The notes below the pieces were generated by a model. That model worked only from the letters and a program-made list of their open reading frames with translations, made no database searches and was not told where the DNA came from. From the human T2T-CHM13v2.0 reference genome, Homo sapiens, in assembly GCF_009914755.1 (NCBI RefSeq), contig NC_060934.1: 64,000 nt of DNA. One strand, written 5' to 3'. The position numbers were made by a program, and so were the translations under genes. Positions 23,892-34,981 of this stretch are shown piece by piece. Position 1 is the first letter of the stretch. Every line of letters begins with the position of its first letter.

Positions 23892-24074
23892 GGAGCTGTC
23901 CATGGCTTTGCGAGGTGCTGAAGGCATCTACAAACCCTCTTCTGGTGGGAAGGCAATGGACAGGAACGCTCCACAATTTGAGTGGTGCTGAAACCCTCTA
24001 TACCCTGCCTCTTGTCTGATTCCAACGGGAAAGCTGGGTGGCTGGAAGCTGTCCACAGCCTATGTGGTGTTGAA
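23892..24074 (-). promoter_or_regulatory. cluster of long-spacer RE1/NRSE-like sites
   Basis: Minus strand TTCAGCACC-N12-GGACAGCTCC, TTCAGCACC-N11-GGAGCGTTCC and TTCAACACC-N11-GGACAGCTTC. Confidence 0.4.
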
Positions 24075-25764
24075 AGCCCTGTCCCCAGGGCTGGGGTGGC
24101 AGGGTGCATCTCTTTCCCACAGAACACAATTACTTCTGGCATGGAGTGGTCAGTGGCTTAAATTTACCTGCCTTGCCATGGTTCTAAAAGGCCTGGATGA
24201 CTTTAAGTGTGTTCCTTCCCAACTCTGGGTCTCAGGATTTCCACCTTTAAAATGAAGGGCCAAATTAGGTGTTCTCTCAGGGCCCTCAAGCACTAGCCCT
24301 TTCTGTTATCAAAAGCCTTCAAGAGATTCCTTCTGCTTATAGGATCGAGCTACAAATCCTATAGCCAGGCCCTGAAGGCCCTCTCTGGCCCCTGTCCACT
24401 TCCTGGCTTTGCCCTCATTCCAGCCAGATGAGCCTTCTCTCAGGCCCCAGACACACTCTTCTTTTCTTCCCCTGAGACTTTGCCATCCCCACTGCCCTCC
24501 TTCTGCCTCTGACTGTCTCCCTTCCTGATCTCTGGGAGCACTGACCACCTGGGCCCCCTCTTGAAAAACAATGGCCTTATACTCAGTGTGCTTTCAGTTT
24601 CTTTTGTCTTATATGGCTGTGTCTTACATGGCTCCCCTTGAGGGACTCCCTGGGGCCAGGGTCATAGTCCAAATCAGTAATCAGTGGCTCACAGTTTCCC
24701 ATGACCATGTGTGTGGAGCATGGGTGAGTACTTGTGGTATTTTGACCCAATAAGCTCTTTTAATAAAACTTATGATTGCTCTTTCAAGGCTGCCGGTGAA
24801 AGAAGATTACTCCAAGAAGTGCTTAGCTGAGGCTTGTGGCCCCCTCTTTGAGACAGAATCTTTCTGAGGCTCCCACTCCAAGCTGGCATGGGTGGCCGAG
24901 GTCACACTTATGTAGACAGATAATTCTGCCTCATGCCTCCATGGAGTGGCCGAGACATGGTGGGTCACACACACAAGCCTCCATCTCTGTTTACTCTGAG
25001 CCTATGAGAGTTGACCCAATGCCCTCATTGTATGGTGGTCACAGCTGTCCCACCTTCAACTTTAGGGAACTTTCAGGGAGCTTCCAACCCACTCACCCCA
25101 CTAGAGCTCAGACTACCTCATAAAGTTTTCTCTCTGGAGCTCAACCGCGGAGGATCCAACTTGATTAGTGGAGATGTGAGAGTTTCTCTGCACACTGTTC
25201 CCATACAGGTGAGTTGCCTCTCCCTCTGCCCTCCATAAATAAGGAGCTTCCATCTATTGGGCCGGGCAAGCAAGTAGAGAAGTGGTGGCTCTCTTTTCTT
25301 CGTTAAACCCATGGGGAACTAAAAATGGCCCAGAGGTGGCATCATGCATGAGGTGGGCATCATGCAAAGATGGGCATCATGAGATGAGGGACTCCTCATC
25401 TCAGCTAAGCAGGCAGAACCACATCCTGATAGTCTAGAAAAAAATTCTTGGGAAGAAAATTCTCTCCTCTCTAGGCCTATTATCAGCCAATTCACCAGGA
25501 CAGGCCTTGGTATCCACTCTGCCCACTGCCCACTGCTTGGCAGAGCCCCTAAAGCCATGGCTAGTAACCAGAAGTTCCAAATGGTTTAGAGGGGAGAGCT
25601 GTGTTTGCTAACGGACCTGACTGTGTCTGACAAACTGAAGCCATGTGCTTGATGGCCTCAGGTCCTCTGGGAAAGAGGGCTCAGAGCACTTACCTTCCCT
25701 CAAATATACTGGCACATTCTCGGAATCCCAGCGTTTGCCCTGTTGAACCTCTTATCAGTGATCA

Positions 25765-25905
25765 AAGGGCTTGGAGATGATCTTAGATTCTAGACCAACT
25801 CCTTTTTTTAAAGATGGGAAAACTGAGATTTCCCCAGGAAGGGAAAATCAGTTGCCCGAGCTCACACAGCAGAGAAAGGAGCATCTTTGACTCTTGGCTC
25901 TCAGT
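25765..25905 (-). mobile_element. MIR/MIR3 fragment
   Basis: cttggagatgatc...tctagaccaactcc tttttaaagatgggaaaactgag ... ttgcccgagctcacacagc. Confidence 0.65.
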
Positions 25906-26469
25906 CTCAGGCTCTTCCTCCTCCTGCCAGAAGTGTTTGCATTTTAATAGAATTGTGGAGGCTGAAGTGCCTCGTGACCCCTCTAATGGTGGGGACTTCA
26001 GGCATCGTGACATGTGGTGATGGAGATTTTGGGGATCCCTGCTGAGGCTGAGTCTCCTGCCTTGTGGAGAATGTCTATGACCTCCAGCAGAAGAACTTTA
26101 CAGAGAGCAGAAATGTCAGGGCACCCCTTTAGAAACTACCCTTAGGACTCTGTACTCTCCCAGGCTGATGGGGGTTGGAGGGCCTCATTTGTCTCTGCAC
26201 TGGGGGATGAATGGCTCGGGAGGAGCTAATGAAGCTGTCTTCCCACCAACACACCAAGACAGTGACGGATGGCTCATGCGGAAAAGGCAGGTGTTGGCAC
26301 ATGGCCCATTGGACAGGGTAGAGAATAACACGTCCCTCAATGTCACTGTAGGTCACAGTGGTGGCTGGGACCCCAGGGAGGGGACATGTAGGCTCTGGAG
26401 TGAAGTGACAAAGACCCCAGGGAAAGCCAGTGCCTCCCACAGCCCCCTTTTTGTGACAGGCAGACAGAA

Positions 26470-26595
26470 GGTCAGAGTTAGAAGTGTGATAACTACCATA
26501 TAATCCTGCTAGCTCATTGTCCAAGTGGAAGTATACAGGCCCAGGAAGGGATAGTGAGTTGACCAAGGTCACACAGCTAGCTAAGGTCAGAGATT
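26470..26595 (-). mobile_element. MIR/MIR3 fragment
   Basis: tcagagttagaag ... aggcccaggaagggatagtgagttgaccaaggtcacacagctag. Confidence 0.6.
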
Positions 26596-27489
26596 GCTGC
26601 AAAGGTCCTCAGCGGTCCAGGGGAGGGAGAAGAGTGACCTCAGGATGTATCACTGTAGCACTGTTCTCACCTGCAGGGCAGTGGGAGGGGAGGGTCCCAC
26701 TTTTTGCCTGGTATTAGAGACCTTGATGATCCGTTTGCACCTTCTCTTCCTCCTCACTCTGCAGCCCACACCATCTGCCTTCCACTCCCAACCTCTGAGC
26801 CTTAGCTCATGCCCGCTGAGGGCCGGTTGTCCTCCAAGGGCCCCCCATCCATCTGTCTGCTTATCCATGAGAGGCATGGGCCCAAATACCATTTGTCATC
26901 GTGCATTCCACTTGGCATTCTGAACTCACTCCCAGTGCAAGGTCCCCACCTGAGTGGTGTCCCATCACCATGCCCTCTCCCCATTAGTATTTTGGAAAAA
27001 CCTCTCCAAAGAACATTCTCTTCCATGGCAACCATTCTTGAAGTTTTGGAAGTATTACAGCTAGATGCCAGAAGCCTGCATTCCTGGTGTATAGGAAATA
27101 AGTCAGGCCAAAGAGGGGAGAGGGATGGAAAGAGAAAAGGGTAGAGTGAGTTCTTGGCTTCTCTGCAGGCCTAGAGCAGTTTCACCCCAACCCTGGCCAC
27201 TGAGATCTTCGCTTCTTTCTGGTCCAGGTGGTCAGTCTGGCCTGGGTGGGCCTGTGGGATTTGATGGAGGAAGCAGGAGACAGAGTGACTCCAGATGCAG
27301 TTGTTCCCCTTACCTCTGCCAGGGGCTCCTCACCACTGCAAGTGGTCTTGTGAGCATTAGCTTGCCTGACTCCTGCTACCACAGCCCTGGGAGGTGAGCT
27401 GGGCATTGTTGGCCCCATTTCCCAGATGACATCACTGAGGTCCAGGGAAAGCAATGACCCAGCCCAAAGGCATCAGTGGGTTAGTGGTA

Positions 27490-27595
27490 TTTGTTCATTT
27501 TCTCAAATCAATAAATATTTATTGAGGCACTGTGCTAGGTGCTGGGAAAATGAAGATGAGCAGGGCAGACATGATTCCTGTCTTGCAGGGCCTTT
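27490..27595 (-). mobile_element. L2 3' end
   Basis: tcaataaatatttattgaggcactgtgctaggtgctggga...gacatgattcctg. Confidence 0.75.
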
Positions 27596-28099
27596 CAGAG
27601 GCCCCAGGTGCCTGCATTGCTGGGTCTCTGGCCTCTGGAGGCACATGCATTGGCAAGAGCATTATCTTGAGAGTCCTCCCTTGAAACTCAGTGTGCAGAT
27701 TTGTACCTCAGAGCTCTTCCTCCTGTCCATGGGACTTTCTTGGAAGCCAGCATCCTTGAGGGCACTTCCCCACCTTCTTCCCTCAGCACATCCATCGGCC
27801 CCTCACAGTGTCTGGTCTTCAGTGTCTCACCTGCCAGGACCTCCTCCCTTATCTGCCACTCACAGTTCCTGTTATTCACCTTTCACAGGGAATGAAATGA
27901 AAGAACGAAGAGGAAAATCTTAACCTGTACAGCCTCTTGGATGATGGGGTGGGAAGTAAAGACCTGTCCCCCAGTTTCCTGCTGCCTGGAGAAATCTGGA
28001 AGATCTCCTAGGGCTTTGGAGAATGAAGGCACCCTTGTCTGGATGCCACCACAGCCTCCTCCCTCTCACCCCGGCCTCCTCCTCCTCATCTTCAGCCCA

Positions 28100-28380
28100 C
28101 CAAGGCCAGATTTGTCTTGCAAAGTGGCATCATTATAAACGCATCAGCCTCCTCTGGACGCCTGTGCCTGCTCCCGCCAGCCCATCCAGGTTCGATTACA
28201 TCTGAGGCTGTCTGGGGTAATTAAGTGACATTAGGACGCATCCCCTGTTGTAATGCAGTGTTCAAAGCCCTGGGCTCTTGCTTCCCAAGAGCTGCTGCCG
28301 CTGCACTGAGGCTGTGTCTGCCTAATGCACCCCACTGTGATTGTGGCTAATTACTCCACAGACAGGCCTCATTAGTGGTG
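28100..28380. promoter_or_regulatory. candidate enhancer-like block
   Basis: Repeat-free; TAATTAAGTG, CTAATTAC, TTCAAAG (TCF/LEF), multiple TAAT/ATTA cores, some retained CpG. Confidence 0.35.
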
Positions 28381-28809
28381 GGTTCGGGATGGAAGGTGAG
28401 AAGCAGGCTGTCTCCCCTGCCTCCCCCAGCCCACGGGCTTTCCCTCTCCCTCCGTGACCAAGCTTGCCTTACTTTGCTGTTGAGGCAGGATTAGAATAGG
28501 GCAAAGGAATTCCCAAAAGACGTCTCATCTGGGCAAGGTCATCTACTGAGCTACAGGGCCTTCAGGAACTTTCCAACTGCTTTATTCAACTAATGGGAAG
28601 CCAAGGCCCAGAGGGGGTTACTGACTTGCCCAAGGTCACACAGCACAAGTGAAATGCGCCACCTTTCCTAACTGCCCAGCTTGGAGGGGTAGGGGCAGGC
28701 CAAGTGGGATCATGCACAGCCAGGACCCACCTGGGTCCAGAGCTAGTGGGAGAAAGGGCTCATGGGCACCCAGGAAAAGAGCTGGATGGCTACGCTACCC
28801 CAGAGGCTC

Positions 28810-29135
28810 TTTCTGGTCTCTAGGCCTTTGCAACTGTTGCCTGGAATCCTCTTCTGATGCCCTCCACCTGCCACCTTGCACCTGGCTGACTCCTTTCATC
28901 CTTCAGGTCTCGCTTTCTCCAGGAAGCCTCCCCTAACTCCTGAGTTTTGTGCTCCTCATCCATGCTTCCATGATACTCTGTACTTCCCCATCTTGGCAGT
29001 CATCACTCTGAATTGTCAATACCTAATACCCCACATGCTATACCCATAGGAGGAGCAAGCTCTGAGACACTCTTGTTCATGTAGTAGGCACTGGCCTAGC
29101 TCACAGATGGCCTTTGATAAGAATTAGTAGAAGGA
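28810..29135 (+). mobile_element. L2 fragment
   Basis: ggcctttgca...ctggaat ... ctggctgactcctttcatccttcaggtctc...ccaggaagcctccc. Confidence 0.7.
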
Positions 29136-29169
29136 AAGATGTAATGATTGATGGCTGCTTGACCAGTAC

Positions 29170-29601
29170 AATGAGTACCATGGTAAGGCTGTTGGTGTTC
29201 ACTCACATCTGAGAGTTTCTTTATACTTCTCAGCCTCCCTTGCTCTTAGGTTGGTCACATGACTCACTCCAGCAAATGGTATGTGAGCAGAAGGTATATA
29301 TGTTACCTGGAATGAGGTGAATAATTACCTGGTGTGCTTTTCTACAATCCTTGTTGCCTGAGTGATGCCAAGATCATTTTGAAGCTGCAAGATGGTGGAG
29401 CCACAAGATGAAAGGAACCTGTATCCCTGAGTCACCACACAGAAGAGAGACATCTAGGAAAGCTGCTTGACATGGGTCATATGAGTAAGAAATCAACCTC
29501 ACTGCGCAAAGCCACTGAGAAATCAACCTTCCTGCACAAAGCCACCGAGATGTTGGGGCTACTTATTAGAGTGGCTAGTGGGAATTACTCTGACTAATAT
29601 A
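29170..29601 (+). mobile_element. MLT1J-like MaLR solo LTR
   Basis: ggtcacatgactc..ccagcaaatggtatgtgagcagaag ... gatggtggagccacaagatgaaaggaacctg ... aagccactgaga ... tgactaatata. Confidence 0.75.
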
Positions 29602-30544
29602 AAGGGGTTAAACTTGATGGGATGCAAATAGGAAATGGCTTCATTTTTTCCAATCACTGCTTTAAACATGCTCCTATTAAGCCTCCTTGCCCTGTCTCTT
29701 GACAACATCTTGGACAGATTCTAAGTTTTCGGTTACTGTTGGTTGTAAGAAGAGTCTCATCTTAGTAATTAGGACTCACTTTCAGGGCCAGTCCAGCCTC
29801 AGAGATTTATGCTCACATCCAGTTGAAAACTTCTTCCTTTCCTTCAGCTCAGGGCTGACCCATGGCTTGGAGGTAAGATTGGTCTATTCTTTTGCTTCAC
29901 TTCTGCTTTCTTGCCCTTCTGCTGCTGCTGGCTCCTTGAGAGTCAGAGCAAGGAGATAGAGGAATAGTAGAAAAAGGGGCTAAAAGTCTTAGGTCCCCGT
30001 CACTGTTGTAACCCACTGCTGATGTCCTGGGTGTCAGGTTCTCCGAGGCTGGTGTTTGGGATGGTGTTTTTGTTGGTCCTTTTGAGACATTACATGGACC
30101 ACCTTCTGCCCCCTTCTCTGATGGTGGCTGTGCAGAATGCAGCTCGGGATGGCCTCCTGTTATACTCTCCTCTCCTGCCCTCACCCAGTTTCCACCACCA
30201 GGGGTATGTCCAAGCCCATGGGGAACACATGCATGCTTCCTACCATACGACAGCAGGCTGGCCCTCGGTTCTCACACTCCAGTGTGGCCTGCGCCAAGGC
30301 AGGCACCTGAAAGACCTGGGAGGTAACAAGTCCAAAAATGAGTGGAACCATCTGTCCCTTCTTAGGGGCCCTATGGAGGGAGGAAAGAAGCCTGAAAAAT
30401 AAATGGGGCTTGGAATTCTGTTGGCTACAGATTTGTAACATCGAAGTTGAGGGGATTATTTTGTGTCACAAAAGGATTCTTCTAGGAGTTACTAACTTGG
30501 AGTTTGGCTAAGTGGAGGGGTAAGGGTGAGACAGATTATATCGC

Positions 30545-30705
30545 TGGTCTGTGCTTTTTGTAGGTCATGGGTTCTTTGGGGAATATGATGAAAGTTCCCT
30601 AGAAAAATGCATGTATTCATGTACGGATAGTATTTATTATGAAATTTTAGGGCATCCTGAATCCCACTGTGTCTGCCAGAGGGGTCCATGAAATCCCAGT
30701 TAGTT
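30545..30705. mobile_element. Charlie4z-like hAT MITE
   Basis: ggtcatgggttctttggggaatatgatgaaag...agaaaaatgca ... ggtccatgaaatcccagttag. Confidence 0.5.
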
Positions 30706-30779
30706 ATCTCCAAACAAAAGTGCTGCTCCCCTGAAGTCTGATTCCTTCAGTGTGGACCCATCTGGGGACCCTGGCACCC

Positions 30780-30970
30780 ACCCCCTGCCCCCTTCTCAGA
30801 CTCTCTCTGCAGCATCACAGTGAACTTACTCTTCTCCAACACACATGACAATTCCTGCCTTCATGTCCTAGCCTGTGCTGTGCCTCCTGCTGGGGCATTC
30901 TTTCCTCCATGCCACCCAGGTCTCACTGTTGTGCAGAGCTCAGGCTACGCACCATCTTCTCTAGGAAGCC
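30780..30970 (+). mobile_element. L2 fragment (host of nested LTRs)
   Basis: ttcctgccttcatg...tgtgctgtgcctcctgctgg ... ctaggaagcc; seems to resume at about 32445. Confidence 0.55.
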
Positions 30971-30973
30971 ATT

Positions 30974-31638
30974 GGTGGTAGGCACAATTCTAAAGACATT
31001 GCCCCAAGACTCCTGTCCCTAGCTGTTCAGTTGAATATGAATCTAGGTAGGCTGTGAAGAAGGGATTTTGCAGAAGAAATTAATGCTACTAATCAGCTGA
31101 CCTTCAAGTAGGGAGATTAACCTGGATTATCTGAGTGGCCCAAATATAATCACATGAGCCCTTAAAAGCAGCAGAGGAGGGCAGCAGAGTCAATCAGAGA
31201 GATGTGGTGGAAGGGGAGGGCAGAGAGATGAGGCAGAAGAGAAGGTCAGAGCAGAGCAAGTCACAGTGCAAGGAGGACTTGACACTGCATTGCTGGCTTT
31301 GAAGATGTGGGAAGAGGCCAGGAACTGAGGATGTGGACAGCCTTCAAAAGCTCAGAATCATGGCAAAAAAATGGGGACCTTGATCCTGCAATGGCAAGGA
31401 ACTGAATTCTGCCCACAACATGAATGAGCCTACAAGCAGATTCCTCCCCAGAGCCCTGAGAAAGGAACACAGCCCTGATGACACCTTGATTTCGGCTTTG
31501 TGAATCCCAGAGCAGAGAACCAGCTGAGCTGTGCCGTGCCCAGATTTCCAACCTACAGAACTGCGAGGTGATAAATAGGTATGGTTTAAGCTGCTGAATG
31601 TGTGATAATTTGTTACAGCAGCGATAGAAACTAGCACA
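30974..31638 (+). mobile_element. MLT1E-like MaLR solo LTR, full length
   Basis: gtggtaggcacaattctaaag ... aatcagctgaccttcaagtagggagatt ... gcaaggaactgaattctgcc ... tttgttacagcagcgatagaaactagcaca; TSD ccatt/tcatt. Confidence 0.9.
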
Positions 31639-31642
31639 TCAT

Positions 31643-32440
<798 letters not shown>

Positions 32441-33489
32441 CCATGTCAGTTTCAACTCCCAAGGATTTCTCCCTTCTTTCAATTCCTGGAGCTCACTATA
32501 CTGCTGCACGCACTTGACTGCAGAAGCTGCTCTAAATATGTCTGCAGCAAGAAGGGTCAGTGGTGGGGTTGGCATGTTTCCCCTGCCCCGAGACCCGCCC
32601 TAGCAGGTTACACTGCACACTTGAAAGTTCTGGATGAACTCAAGGTCTTGAGTCTGCATCTGCAAGTCAGTGCCTGGTAGACCAATGAAGACTTCTCTGG
32701 CCCAGATCCTTTTGAATATAGTGTGCTCTGGACTATATGGAGCTCTCCCCCCAGCCGGCTGGTACTACCAGGAAGAGAGCTGTCCCTGGTGGTGGCAGCC
32801 GTTAGAGGAAAGTCACTTATTATGCTGGACATACCCAAGGATTTCCTTACTCACATCCTTTCACACTGATGTGGGTGTTCTTCCCTCTGTTCCCCATTCT
32901 CATTTCCTCTGGGATCACCCCCATCCACCTCAGAGAATACAGAAAAGGATTTTGCCCCACCAGCCATGCCCCAACTCCCTAAGGTTGACCAGTTCTCAGG
33001 TTACTCCCAGGAAGCAGTGGGACACTTTATGAAAACTAAGTAATGGATTGTACCAAACCCAAAGACAACCACCAGACTTTGTGATCAGACATGATTTTGT
33101 CTTCTTCAGGGGACCGAGGGTAGAGACCATGGCTTAGATTTCTCTGGGTCCCCAGTGGTACCCAGAATGAGGCCGGGCACGAACGAAGTTTAATTTATGA
33201 AGGTCAGTCAGCATCTCTGAAATGAAATTTCGAGTCCAGACATCAGAACTATCCTTACAAAATATCCTTCCTGGGTTTTGATACCTTTCTTTGCAGGCAC
33301 CCTTGGTTCAAATGAAGTCTTACGTGGAAGCTGCACAGCTGTGTCTTGGAATTGGGGGATGGGCAGGAGGCCCTGTTCCCTCTACCTTCTCATCACTCCC
33401 ACGGCATCTCTGAGGCAGCTCCAGGGAACTCTGAGATCCATAGGGCATAGTTTGAAACCCATGGATTCATCCATTCTGGTGGTTTTCTA

Positions 33490-33600
33490 GCAGAGAAACT
33501 GAGGCTCCAAGAAGGTCTGTGGGTCTGTGGCTTGCCTAGGGTCACACAGTGAATAGAAATATTGGGACTAGAACCCCCATCCTAGCTCCTTACCTTCTTC
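33490..33600 (-). mobile_element. MIR fragment
   Basis: gagaaactgaggctcca ... gtggcttgcctagggtcacacag ... gggactagaaccc. Confidence 0.7.
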
Positions 33601-33917
33601 CACGTCCCACTGTCCTAGCCAGAATCATAAAGCCCTAATATGGACAGGCCCTCTAGGTCAGCACCTCTGGGAGCAGGAACCCTTTTTGTAGGCCTCTAAC
33701 AAGAAGGACGGCATCAGCTTGCATTCCCTCCAGGGGTTAGTTGCTCACTACTTCCAAGGCAGCCTATTTAATAGTGAGACTGTTCTAATTCTTAGACTGT
33801 TCTCTTTTATGTGGAACCCAAACAGATCTTCCTATAAATTTTTGTCCCATGTTATGATATATTATGTATATGAGGGCCAAGAATCCTATGCTGTGGCCCT
33901 GCTGCAGGGACCTTTTA

Positions 33918-34862
33918 GTGTGTGTGAGAATGTGTGTGAGTGTGTGAGTGTGAGAGTGTTGTGAAAATGTGTGTGGGCGTGTGAGTGTTGTGAAAATGTG
34001 TGTGAGTGTGAGTGTGTGAGAGTATGTATGTGTGTATGAGTGTGAGAATGTGTATTTGTGTGAGTGCATGTGTGTCTGAGTGTGAGTGTGCGAGTATGTG
34101 TGTGTAAGAGTATGTATATGTGTGAGTGTGAGAATGTGTGTGAGAATTGTGTGTGAGTGAGAGCATGTGTGAGAATTGCGAGTGTGAATGTGTATATGTG
34201 TGAGTGTAAGAATGTGTATGTGTCAGCATTGTGTATGTGTATGTTTGAGTGTGTATGTGAGTGTGTATTTGTGAGTGCATGTGAGTGTGTGTATATGTGT
34301 GAGACTGAGTGTATCTATGTGTGAGAATGTGAGTGTGAGAATGTGTGAGTGTGTGAGAATGTGTGCATAGAGTAAGAGTGTGTGATGGAGTGTGTGAGAA
34401 TGTGTGTGTGAGTGTGGGAATGTGAGGAATGTGTGAGTGTGAGCATGTGAGCGTGTGTGTGTGAGAACGTGTGTGTATGTGTGAGAATGTGTGTATGTAT
34501 AAGTGTGTGTGTGAAGGTGTGTGTGCATGTGTATGTGAGTGTGAGTGTGTGCGTGTATGTGTGTGTGAGAATGAGTATGTGTATGTGAGAATGTGTGTGT
34601 GAGTGTGAGAGTGTGTGAGAGTAGAGTGTGTGTGAGTGTGTGAGATAATGTAAGTGTGTGAGAATGTATGTGAGAGTGTGTGTAAGTGGGTGTGAGAGTG
34701 AGAGTGTGAATGTGTGAGTGTGTGTGAGAGTGTGTGTGGGAATGTGTGTGAGTGTTAGAGTGTGTATGTGTAAGTGGGTGTGAGTGTGTGAGAGTGAGTG
34801 TGTGAGAGAATGTGTGAGTGTGTGAGAGTGTGTATGTGTAAGTGTATGTGTGAGTGTGTGTG
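33918..34862. repeat. ~945-bp degenerate (TG)n/(TGTGAG)n/(TGAGAA)n tract
   Basis: Continuous TG-dominated sequence almost devoid of C on the + strand. Confidence 0.97.
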
Positions 34863-34888
34863 CGCTGCTGTTACTCTCCCACCCTCAG

Positions 34889-34981
34889 CTATGATGGGGG
34901 AAGCTGGCTCTTCCCTGACAATCCAATCCCCATGTCCTTGGCTCCATTGCCTGGCTGGCAAGCAGGGCTGAGGCTGCCATG
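34889..34981 (+). other. candidate cryptic/non-coding exon (93 nt)
   Basis: Acceptor ttactctcccaccctcAG (34887-88); donor ATG|GTGAGT (34982); alternative donor CAG|GTAAGG (35044). Confidence 0.3.

Noticed and set aside
33785-34961. His/Thr-rich ORFs
   Set aside because: Translations of the (TG/CA)n tract
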